Of a stretch of DNA of 64,000 bases, positions 23,401-34,603 are shown one piece after another. The position numbers and the translations under genes were made by a program. Numbering within the stretch: the first letter of the stretch is position 1; every line of letters begins with the position of its first letter. The notes under the pieces are model-generated. The model was not told the origin of the DNA. It was given only the letters and a program-made list of their open reading frames with translations, and did no database searches. The stretch spans positions 18,228,001 through 18,292,000 of the forward strand of contig JBHGNT010000012.1 in NCBI GenBank assembly GCA_043228905.1. The letters run 5' to 3'. Source of the DNA: Azolla caroliniana (Eukaryota > Plantae > Polypodiophyta).

Positions 23401-23900
23401 CTTTGGATCTCTTAAGCTTGGATCGTTAGCGACTTTCTTCATCTTTTGCCAGCTATCTTCCGGTAGCGGAACCGCAACTGGCTTGAACTTCTTATCCACT
23501 GTTTTATATTTCGTGTTGATGTCAGCTTCCTTCATCGAGATGCCACAACAGTATTCATCGATGATAGCGTACATGTTGATGGAGTTAACCGAAATCACGC
23601 GTTGGTTGTGAAGATAGCTCAAGTCCACGATGTCCTCGATTTCGCCGATGGTGTCGTTAAATGAGGCTTCTTCCATAATATGAGTCACAAACTCTCCTTC
23701 TTCTATTATGTTTTCTTCTTTCAGCATCTTCTCGAATTCTTGTATCTGGCGCTTGTGCTTCTTGTCGGGTAGTACTAGTTTACATGCGCCACTAGGTGTG
23801 ACACATGTTGCTTCTCCTCGCAACCCACGCACTCTTCTTTCTTGTGGGGTATTGTGATTGCTCTGACTATTTGTGCCCCATGCTTCAATAGTCCGCTCTA
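20414..23900 (-). pseudogene. pol: Gypsy E pol (RT-RH-INT) with stops and frameshifts
   Basis: ORFs 21817-23832, 21022-21816 and 20414-20848 collinear with B pol. Confidence 0.9.
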
Positions 23901-24298
23901 AAAATCCGAGGATTTGCCTCCGAGACTTTCTCGATTCCTTTCATGATTGGCTCGCACCGTTAGGAATTGGACTGATCTTTGGTTGTCAAGACTCTTTATT
24001 CGTGCGAAGGCTGCTCCATTATCGAACACTTTGGTCTCCATCCGAGATGATGTGATATAAGGTTGCCCTAGGATGACAGGATGCGACGCCGATTCTTGTA
24101 CGAAGAAGTGTTGATCTATCTCCACATCCCCGATCGTGACTTTGAAATTGGGACAACCTCCGTACAAGTCCTCCGTAGACTTTGTTGCCGCGCGAATCTT
24201 CCATCCGTGGTTTGTATTGATTGGCCATCTTCCTTTTTTGTAGAAGTCGGTTGACATGAGGTTGATCTCCGAGCCGTGGTCGATCAAGGCTACCACGG

Positions 24299-25596
24299 TG
24301 TCGCGAAAATACGACAAGGATACGTGAACGTTGAGGCAAGACCCCAGGGCCTTTGTCTAGAGGATATCAAATTCGTGTATTTATATACTAAGAATTAACC
24401 GAAATGAGAAAGATTAACAAATTTCATTAATAAAAGGGAAAGAAAGATTACAATCAATCCCAAGATTGGGATTACAAAAGTTTTATCTTATGGAGATGAT
24501 TAGAATAATAGATAACAGGAAATAAGAGATTATGATTCTTGAGTGATATGGCTTTGACAAGGAATTTTGGATTTTGAGAGATTGCTTCCGTATGGAAATT
24601 ATGGTTTACTTGAGAGATAGCTTCCGTAGGGAAGATTAGGGTTATTGGCTTCGATAAGATAAGAGAGCTCCCCAACAAAAGAAAAAAAAATTTAGATAAT
24701 ATGGAGAGTGAGTCCTAGTGTAGGAAAAAAAATGGAATAAATATGGAGTTCTCCCTTGATCATAGCCTTTCCACTTTTTGTTGCATGGCCTCTACTTTTA
24801 GTTGCCTAGCTTTTTCTTTTGGTTGCATGTGACTGTCCACATGACCTTTACTTTTTCCATGCACTCCTTCTTTAGTTGCTTGCGTCCACATGGCCTTTAC
24901 TTTAGTTCTCTTCACTTTACTTTATTTTGTTGCATGATCCAATCTTTCGTCCGTCCGTGTCCAACCTCGTCCGGTAGCCGGTTCCATTTTGCTTGCCGGT
25001 CGGTTCCGGTTCCGATTTTGCTTTCCGGCCGGTTCCGGTTTGCTTGCCGGTTCCGGTTCCAGTTTTGCTTGCCGGCCGGTTACGGTTTTGCTTACCGGCC
25101 GGTTTCCGGTTTTGCTTGCCGACCGGTTCCGGTTTTGCTTACCGGCTGGTTCCGGTTCCGGTTTGCTTGCCGGCCAGTTCCGGTTTTGCATACCGGCCGG
25201 TTTTCGGATTGCATACCGGCCGGTTTCCGGATTTGCTTACCGGACCTGTTTTCCGGATTTGCTTACCAGCCGGTTTCCGATTTTAGGGAATTTGGCCACC
25301 ATCATCCATCAAGACAAAGTGGCCAAAGTGCTCTTAGCACAAATGAAAAATGAGGGAGCTCAAGGTGTTTATATAGCCAGGGCCTTAACTTTCCTATCTA
25401 TGTAGGATAGTTCTAATTTCCCTATCTAATCAAACTTTATTTTCTCATAACTTGATATGTATTTCTCCATTTTGTATATAGTAAAATACATTTTGAAGCT
25501 CTTGAGTATATCCATCTTTCTATAGTAAGCTACTAATCTAATCTATAATAATTATTTCATTATTTTTTTACATAGTGTGTGAAGATTCACACGACA
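24299..25596 (-). mobile_element. Solo LTR (1298 bp) of another family of the same Gypsy group, inserted in E
   Basis: TGTCG..CGACA ends; TSD ACGG at 24295-24298 and 25597-25600; no PBS, PPT or coding sequence; E frame continuous across it; TATA on the minus strand near 25370. Confidence 0.92.
24970..25280. repeat. CCGG-rich minisatellite inside the solo LTR
   Basis: Repeated CCGGTTCCGGTTTTGCTT-like units. Confidence 0.9.
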
Positions 25597-27463
25597 ACGG
25601 TCTCTTTCTTCTCCCCGATCTTCACCGGCGTCTCCGTTGTCGCTCGTGCCCAATGAGGTCGAGTATAGTGGATGTCCACCATATCTTCATCGACTTCATC
25701 TCTTGCCATCGTTATGGCATTCGTTTTTGCTTTTTGCGGTTTCTCTTCTTCCTCATCCGATTGTTGTCTTTTTCTCTTTACAAGGTCCATGATCGTGTCA
25801 TGGAACTCCTTCTTCGTAATGCCAAGCAATTCCCTCAAGGAAAAAGTTACGTGGCTATCAAGAACTCGTTCTTCGAGAATCTTCTTTAGGTCCGTCGTCT
25901 GCTCTATGTCCAACCTTAGCTTATAGGTAGGTATAGTCCTTGTCCTTCGAGCGGTCTCTTCGACACCAACCTTTACGGGCCGAACCATTTCTTAACTCAT
26001 ATGCTCGGCTCCCCTTTTCGGCTTGATTCTCGTTCCTCCGTTTGTAAAGGTCGATTCGTCTCCGCATCGTCCTTCTTTTTCGCGTTCCTTGTTTCATGTC
26101 TTTGTGATGGGCCTTGCTCTTCTATTCTCTTTCTCTTCTATGCTCTTCGACGAACGCCTCGTGGTTGTCGCACATCACCTCTGCGAGTATGGTGTTGTCG
26201 TCCACCGGATCCGACCACCCGGTTATGCTTTGCACGCTTCAATCTGCAAGCTCTACCTCGTTCGATGTGACTTTTCCCTTCTTCTCATATTCGAGAATGG
26301 AAGTCCAAAACTTTGCTCCCGCTCTAGCAGCTTCAGTCTTGTCTTTCCCGACTCTTATTCCGGCCGACGCAGCATAGTGCATCGCATCCACATGAGTCGC
26401 ATCGGCATCCTCCATAGATTTCTTCATTCCTCCTCTTCCGAAATTCACCCATAGGGTCTTCTAGTCTCGCTTGAGCAGATCATGTTGTCCTCTATGTATA
26501 CAATATTTTGTCGAATCACCTCTCGAAGGCTCGCACAATCCCTTCTCATGTGGTCCATGCTATCGCACCACACACATCTAAAGGGTTCTTTTCCTTTAGG
26601 GCCCCGACAATTCATGTTGGCTAGCGTGACCTTCTCGTACTTCTTCGCTAGCTCTTCAATGATGTCGTCATCAATCTTCTTTTCTTCTACGTTACTTTGT
26701 CTGGGCGGCTCAGCTACTTTCGGCAGTCTTGCTTTCTCCGTGGTAGTCGATCCCGTCAAGTCGGTGTCATCAACCCATTGGCGACGCTTGTCGAGCCTAT
26801 TGCATGCCCACTTCACCGCAATCCAGTCCGCTACGAGCCCATTTGCTTGGGTATCATCTTCGAGAAGAGTCCCCAACTCCCGTCTATCCTTTATGTCCAC
26901 GACCTTCAAGAAGTACAAAGTCTTGTCCTCTTTAAGCAACACTTGGTCCGTGTTTGGGAGACAACTAAACATCTGGTCGAATTCGTCGTACACCCTCAAG
27001 ACGCTCATCTTCTTATTCTTCTTCTCTATCCACTTCATCATGGCATGTCGAGTCATCCTCGTTGAGTCTTCAGCCACGAACTCCGCTAGTACCGTTTTCT
27101 TGAACTCGGACCATGTTGTCTTACCTTCTTGAAGCTCGATGACACATCTTTGGATGTTGTTGGCGACAACTCTCTTGAAGCTTGCGATTTGACGTGCCTC
27201 GGACACGTCCCTCTAATTCATCTCCCTTCTATATGCATCAAGGAACTTCGTAACGTTCCTTCCATCGAATTGGCCCTCGAGCTCTACGACACGCAACCTA
27301 CTCCACGCTCGCGTCGTTGTCCTGAGATCTCATCATTTGCTCAACGATTAGCATCATCCTTTCGAGCTCTCCCACTTGGTTGCTTGAGGACGCCATCTCC
27401 AAGTATTAATCTCGACTTGATCCTTCCTACCGCCTCTTTCACGTCGGGTTCACCACTTAATTA

Positions 27464-28525
27464 TGTCGTGAAGATCCGTCACTACGCGCGAATCGTGAGG
27501 CGGAACCACCGGGGTTCTGGACCGGAAGGATTCAAAGTCAGTACAAGCTTTGGCGCAAGCTTTAGCGAGAAAGTACTTAAGATAGATTGGGAAAGAGAGA
27601 AGTTGAGATTAAACGATTGAGAGAGATTGATTGAACTTTTATCTTTAGATTTAAGAAACAAGTTACACGATCAATTCGATAACGAATTTCTTCTTCTTAA
27701 TTTCATAACCCAAAAAAGAACGTTTTTTCTCCTTCCCCCCCCCTATTTTATAGATGCTCTCATGCATATGATGCACGTGAGGGTACAAGACATGCATAAA
27801 ATGCATGTTTGCCATTTGGCGCTCATGTATTACATGTGGTGCATGATAACCATGTCACTCATTTTAGCTCTCATGTATGAGAATTTACATGTAAAAGTAC
27901 AATGATAGAAATATAAATTCAACTAAATGTCATGGCTTAATGGTAAGCCAATTGACTCCTAACTCGGAGGTGCAAGGTTCGAATCCTTACTTGCCCTCCT
28001 TGTATATGTATATATATTTATATATTTATTTATCTAGTCACCGGACGCCGGATGCCGTCGTCTCACCGTCGCCGGTGCGCCGCCGGTTACCGGTGGCTAC
28101 CGCCGGATGTTGTCACCTCGCCGTTGCCGGTGTGCCACCGAATCACCGGCTCCATCGCCGGTCCGGTTTTGGTTGGCCACCTCCACTCTTAGTTCAAGTT
28201 ACCTTGGACTCTCTATGCTCCACACATAGACACAAAGATAATAGCTTTTGCTCTACCTTATATATGATGAGAGCCGTATTTGTCGTGCCTATGTGGGATA
28301 TCTCACAATTTTCTCTTTTCCTTTCACAAACTTTATACCCTCATATCTTGACATTTAGTTGTCCGTTTCTCGTGTAATAAATTGCACTCGAAACCTCCAT
28401 CATTTTGTACTTAGATATTAAATTTATTTAAAACGTTATCTTCACTATTATTGTATTATGTGATTCATACTCGATTTTGTACGGTTTATGGGATTTTCAC
28501 ACTATTGCCGAAAATCTTCACAACA
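27464..28525 (-). repeat. 5' LTR of Gypsy E
   Basis: TGTCG..CAACA, next to the PBS; end matches the stub at about 20312-20341; flanked by ATGT. Confidence 0.9.
27926..27997 (+). other. tRNA-derived sequence with Pol III A and B boxes inside the Gypsy E LTR (pseudo-tRNA or SINE head)
   Basis: A box TGGCTTAATGG 27933-27943; D stem GGCTT/AAGCC; loop CTCCTAA; B box GGTTCGAATCC 27976-27986; acceptor stem not formed. Confidence 0.7.
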
Positions 28526-30283
28526 ATGTGTAGTACGTTCAACATCTTCCCCTTTTGTCCGACATGGCTCAAAGGGACTTCTCCAACCTGCACAATCGGG
28601 TGAGGGGTGTGATCTCCGATTTCGACAATCCCTGGTTGTTTAGGTTTTTCCAAAAAAGAGAACCACTCTTCATGGCTTGTCATGTGGTTGGACGCTCCGG
28701 AATCAACGTACCATGCTTCCTCCAATTTAGAAGTAGTCCTCTTCATGGAGTTAGCCTTGTGCTTCATCACGAAGGTTGGCCCCTTTCCGGCTTTCCCAGT
28801 TCCGGATCCTTCTGCGTAGTGCAAGCTTTCTTAGTTTTCCCCACCGGCCTTGTCGTATCCGGATTTGTCCGAATCTGCGCGCTTCTTCCAGCACTCGCTT
28901 TCCTTGTGGCCCTTTTTGCCACAATACCAACATTCCGTGTTGGCTTTTCCTTGACGGCCTCCTGCGCTGCTTTGACTCCCCCTGTTTGTGGAGGGTTCGG
29001 AATTACTGTCGCACTACCTCTGTGCCTCCGGTCCTGCTCTTGTCGGTTGCCTTCATTGTGTGTCGACCCACCTCGTACACCACATCCATGGGGCCGATCT
29101 GTCTTTGTGTACAGCATCCGGCCGTCCGATTGAGTGGTCCTCGACCCACTTGCGTGGTTTTCTTCGATCATTAGCATCGATTGCAAGTCGAAGAAAGTCG
29201 GTGGCTTCTCCCGAGTGGAGATCATTGTCCGGATTGGCTCGTACCTTTGCGCTAGACCACCGAGGCAGATTTGTACCATCTCATCTTCGTCCACCATCAC
29301 CTTGATGGACCCGAGTGCAACACAAATATCCTTTATCTTGGTGGTGTAATCCTTAACCGACATGTCTCGTTGCTAGATGTTGTTCACCTCTTGCCGGAGC
29401 TGCAACTTATGGATTGTGGTACTCGCAGCAAAAATCTTCCTCAGATTTCCCCAGGCATCCTTCGGCATTTTTGCATCCTTTATGTAGCCGAGCATCTGGT
29501 CATGCACACAAGACGCGAGGCAGTACAATACTCGCCTCACTCCTTGCTCCCATACCAAGAAGTCCTCGTGTGCCGGCTCCGGCGCTACCTCGTTTGTTCC
29601 TTCCACGAAGCTCCAATATCTATGCCCCAGTAGGTACTGGTGCATCTTGTATGACCAGGACGCATAGTTGCTATGATCGAGCTTCTCTGTTGGAAGTGAA
29701 CTCACCATTCCTCTATCCATATATTTTGTCTGTCTGTTGTTACCGGGTCCTAGGGTTCGTCTACGAAAGCATGTGCCGGCTACAGAGGTTCTCAACCCTC
29801 GCGCTCTGATACCATGTGAATTTTAATGTGCGGAAGCATTAGACAGAACTGGCTCAGCCGGATAGCAACAGAGAATAAGATGAAGTTTTAATGGAGAAGC
29901 TTAATACACAAAGAGTATACGTAAGAGAGACAGAGAGAGCAGAACATAAACATAGATTCAAAAAAATAGAAAACACTATGTAGACTCTGTACATACAATG
30001 TGCTATAACAACACTATTTATACAAGTTCATAAAGGACTGACAGAAGTACTGACACGTACTTCAATATTCCTACGTGCGATTGACACTAACTATGAGACA
30101 ATGATTACCTAGTAGTCTAGGCTACTACTAGGCTTTCGGTTCCCGCTCGAATCCGGCTCTCTGATCCGTCTCCTCAATCTGGCCGGTTGTTTCTAGATAC
30201 CAATCCGGCTCATCCTTCCGAATGTCGATTCGGCTCTAGCTTATTTAGCTGATCCAGATCCGGTTAAGCTTGCTCGCTCAATA
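28526..30283 (-). mobile_element. Ty1/Copia G (second Copia group), 5' part: LTR, PBS, degenerate gag-PR; interrupted by Gypsy E
   Basis: LTR 29815-30283; PBS TGGTATCAGAGCGC 29801-29814 directly next to the LTR; gag KLDHSNYASWSYKM; PR WYVDSGASNHM. Confidence 0.88.
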
Positions 30284-30390
30284 GAAACATATCCAGCGGA
30301 GGTACCACTGGATCCAAGAGAGAGTAGAAGTTGGGAGAAAGTAGAAGATCAAGAGTTCGTGCTTACGAAGATCCACAGGAAGGAGAACGG
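30284..30390 (+). pseudogene. Copia H RNase H C-terminal fragment, host of G and F
   Basis: KHIQRRYHWIQER..EDQEFVLTKIH..ENG, homologous to A about 16813-16902. Confidence 0.85.
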
Positions 30391-33300
30391 TGTCGTGGAG
30401 AAAACCGTCCCTAGGCGGAATCGAAGAATATCGGGAGAATCGGCGGAGTGCATCATGTGCACTCACCCTTGTATAAACGTGTGAATAATGGGGGGTGCCT
30501 TTATGGTGCCGACTGGGAGTCAAGTCGAGACAAAGAATCCCATGTAAATCGGGATTTATCCCACATTGTAACGCATCCCTCTCCTTGTTCTATAAAAGGA
30601 AGGGATGGTCCCTTGTAGAGGGGTTGCCCATTTTGTGTTAGAGGGTATACCGTTAGATTAGGGTTAGGCGGTTCTATCTTGGTAGTTTCTTCTTTTTTTT
30701 CTCTTCTTCCTCTTCTTCTTCGTCGTCGTGAGGGTTGAGAGTTTGTGTCTGTTCAGGGTTTTCTTCTGCTCGGTCTCCTGTGCAAGGCCCCGCTCTGTGC
30801 GACGAGCCCGAGAGCTCCCCGAATGGCGGCTTGGCAGCAGACTGTTGTTGTAACCTAGCCTACCTCGGTCCGTCTCGAAGCAGGGGTTGTATTCTTTCTC
30901 TTGTAATATACATATTGGTAACTGTCTGTGCATAAGAGTCGGTGCACGCGCATGCTTTCTTTCCTCTCTCCCTCTCTCGTGTTTGGTTGCCTCCAGGCCA
31001 TGTCCGGAGTCAGTTTTCTTGTCTCTTGAGTTTCCTCGTTCGAGACCCTCGTGGTCCCGCCCCTTTCTACACACACGTGCGTAACAACGCGACATATTTG
31101 GTGAACCCGACGTGAAGGGCGGCAAGGGAGAATGGAGTTGGAAGCAAACGACTTCGCACAACTTTTTGTCGAAGCGGTGAGGGAGTTTGGACGAGCAACA
31201 TCAAAAAGAGAGACGGTGCAGCAAGCTGTCAAACGCGTGGTCGAAAGAGTCGGCCGTTTCAACGGGGACAAGGTCCCATACTACTTGGAAGCCTACAACG
31301 CGGAAATGGAGGAGAGAGGCGTAGACGAGGCGTTGAGGTTGGAGTTCTTCTGTCGGGTCGTAGTCGTCCGTATGCACGCGGAAGTGAAGGAGCTCCGAGA
31401 AGCTCATAGTTCATGGGAGGCCTTCGAAGAGGCGCTCCTGCAGGCATATGGACGACGGCGGAAGAGCCGGGGACGACACGGCTTCGACTAGTGGGTTGCG
31501 TCGGCGAAGACCCACCGGGGTACAACGAAGGCGTTCCGAGAGTTCGAGCGACGGCTTGCTCGGCTCCTGGAGTGGGAACAAGGTTTGGTGGGGGTGGACC
31601 AAGTCCTGTTGTTCGTTAAGTCGATTGACCGAGCGAAACGGGAGGCCATCGAGATTGAGCTCGAAGACGAGGACGGAGCGAATGGCCTTACCGAGGACTG
31701 GTCGAAGGTCGGAAGGGTATGCCAACGGCTAGATGACGAGTGAGCCGAGAAGGCTAGGAGGAAGGCACGCGACGGCGCGCCATCATAGCGGGAAGAGGCC
31801 GAACGGCAAAGAGAATCGGCAAGGCTCAGCTTCGGGGCCAAGATTGTGGAGGCATACGTAGCTCTCGAGGCAATTCTCGAGGAAAAGGAAAAACCGAGGC
31901 CGCAAGCCAACGCCGAGGAGACAAACTTGTCTCGCAAGATGGCAGAAGATCGGTACCACGGTACCACGGGAGAGGGTGCGGAACAAAACGCCCTCTCGGT
32001 TTGCGGAAATAGAACGGCCAAGAACAAGGTCAAGATACCGATCGCAGAATCAGAACGTTGGGCCTGGCGGTTTCGGGCACGTCAACCCGAAACTCCGAAC
32101 ATAGGAGAAGCAAGCCCAGGCGGGGCTTGCGCGATTGGTAAAGGGATGACCACCAACCATGAGGAGCCGGTGGCTACGGACAAGGGCGTAAATAGGACGG
32201 GCGATTCTACGCGTCTTCTGACACTTGCTCCCAAGACGATGGCAGTCGGGCCCAAGTGCCCACGTGAATCCCAAGAGGAGGAAGGCGGCGGCGAGAGACC
32301 GAGAATCATCGGCGACACGATACGAGGAAGGAGTGGACAAGAGCCCTCGGAACCGATTCCGGAGAACTCAGCATTCGGGCCCTTACGCCCATGTGAGACC
32401 GAGGAGATGGATGACTGTATCAAGGAGTCATGGCACGATCCCAGTGAAGATGGATGGGAAGTGGCCTGCGAGAAGGTCGAAGAAGAGACCATGAGACGAC
32501 CCAACCGAGGACCGAACCGCGCGGCACTCCGATTCGGGTGGAGCGCGATCCGGTCGTGGATTGTTCAACCAGGGCCAGAATCAGCATGAAGGTGCTGATA
32601 TGGGAGAGGGTGCAGAACGAGCCGCCCTCTTTTACATGGGGAGAAAGACTAGTCGGGCGAAGGTCGGGAATCGAGAAGAAGTGATCAAGGGTTCAGAACG
32701 AGTCCGGCAAGGTCGGCATCAAAGCCGAAACTCCGGACATTGGAGAATCAAGACCAGGCGGGGCTTGGTTGATCACAGAGCAGATGCTTTCCACCGACAC
32801 CCCTAAAAGGGTCGGTGGCCCCAGACGAGTCGCCGAAAGACGTTGCGAAATCAGTTACCCCCCATCTTGTCTAGAGACTTCGGCAGTTCGACCGACGTGG
32901 CAACGTAAGACCGAAAGAGATGGAAGATGGAGGCAGGAGCACAGCGAGGAGAGCGACGACGAGTTTAGGAGAAGTACAAGGGATGAAGAGGAGAACGAAG
33001 ACCAGTCCTACGGATATCCTCACACTGATCCGGCTGTCGGCCCGAGTGTCAGCGTGAGTCCTATAGGAGAGGTCGGTGGCCACAGGAGAACAGGACCCGT
33101 CAATCCAGAGAATGACGGGCGGACCCGGACGAGAACGGGGCGGGACGGACTTCTGGATAACTAGTCCGGAAGATGGGAGAGAGCAAGCCTACGAAGAGGC
33201 CGGGAACACGGTACGTCGGTACCATGGGAGAGGGTGTGGTGCGAGCCACCCTCTCGACTTGTGAAGAAGGAAGACCTAGGATAAGGTTCGGTGAAACGAC

Positions 33301-34564
33301 AAGCCCGAGGAGGATCCTTCACACCGGATCTAGAGACTCCCACGATCGGCCCGAGAGCCGGCGTGAGACCTAGAGTGACGGACGGTGGCGGTGAGGGGAC
33401 GAAGGCAAAGGACTGTGGATAGGCGGTCTACAAAGATCCTCACACTGATCCGGCGGTCGGCCCGAGTGCTGACATGAGTCCTATAGGAGAGATCGGTGGC
33501 GGCAGGTGAACGTGACCATCAGAAGTGGCCGACACAGAAGTCGGGGAAATCGGCAAGCGGTGCTGCCACGACCTTACGCACACCAATTCTTGAGACTCCG
33601 ACAGCCGGCATGAGACCTAGGGAGAAGAATGGTGGCGGCGGCAAGGCGGGCAACCAAGGCGCCAAAGGGGGAGGTCCCACGGAGATCCTCACACCGATCC
33701 GGTGGTCGGCCCGAGAGCCAACGTGAGTCCTATAGGAATGGACGGTGGCGGCAGGTGAACGTGACCAGGAGAAGTGGTCGACGCAGAAGTCAGGGAAATC
33801 GGCAAGCGGTGCTGCTACGACCTTGCACACACCAATTCTCGAGACTCCGGCAGCCAACAACGAGAGCCGGCGTGAGACCTAGAGAGAAGAATGGTGGCGG
33901 CGGCAAGGCGGGCAACCGAGACGCCAAAGGGGGAGGTCCCACGGAGATCCTCACACCGATCCGGTGGTCGGCCCGAGAGCCGACATGAGTCCTATAGGAA
34001 AGGACGGTGGCAGTAGTAGAACGTGATCGGACAACGAAGGCAGAGCAGAAAGGAGGTATGAGGCCGGAGAGGCGGCCATGAACCGGATACGGGCCAGGAC
34101 GCGGCAAGGGTGATCTTCTAGTGAGTTGCCGGGGACACCCAGTTAAGGAGCGGTGTGCCGAGCCGGAAAGGGGCACACCCGGAAGCGGAACAAAAGACGT
34201 GTGTGTGGCCATCGAGAGCCAAAGCAAGCACAGGAACGGGATAGTGTTCGGTACAGACAGTGTTGGACAAGAAGGGCGGAAGACAACACATGGCGGATCC
34301 GGAGGACGAAGGGTAAGCGCGGGCCGGTCTTTTCCAGCAACAGTCTATTTTGGCGCATACCGGTGGATGCGCAGTTAGGTAGGGGCAGATGTCGTGGAGA
34401 AAACCGTCCCTAGGCAAAATCGGAGAATATCGGGAGAATCGGCAGAGTGCATCATGTGCACTCACCCTTGTATAAACATGTGAATAATGGGGGTGCCTTT
34501 ACGATGTTGAATGAGAGTCAAGTCGGGACAAAGAATCCCATGTAAATCGGGATTTATCCCACAT
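30391..34564 (+). mobile_element. Gypsy F: pol-less derivative with gag remnant; 3' LTR truncated
   Basis: 5' LTR 30391-31094 (TGTCG..CGACA); Trp PBS 31099-31115; gag homology 31132-31790 (RFNGDKVPYYLEAY) with stops; PPT before 3' LTR 34390-34564; left flank ACGG. Confidence 0.88.
33010..34030 (+). repeat. Tandem repeats of about 250 bp in the internal region of F
   Basis: GATCCTCACAC.GATCCGG.GGTCGGCCCGAG recurs near 33014, 33435, 33684 and 33945. Confidence 0.85.
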
Positions 34565-34603
34565 AGTTTGGAGTCTGTGGGCTCCCGTGGTTTTTCCCTA
34601 TTA

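Larger units (their letters stand above)
20307..28525 (-). mobile_element. Gypsy E, degenerate; 3' LTR reduced to about 35 bp; carries a solo LTR
   Basis: 5' LTR 27464-28525; Trp PBS 27439-27455; broken gag 25601-27400; PR 23898-24298; pol 20414-23900; PPT 20342-20354; LTR stub ending 20341. Confidence 0.92.

Noticed and set aside
27926-27997. Functional tRNA-Arg(CCT) gene
   Set aside because: The acceptor stem does not pair and the anticodon stem is irregular; kept only as tRNA-derived
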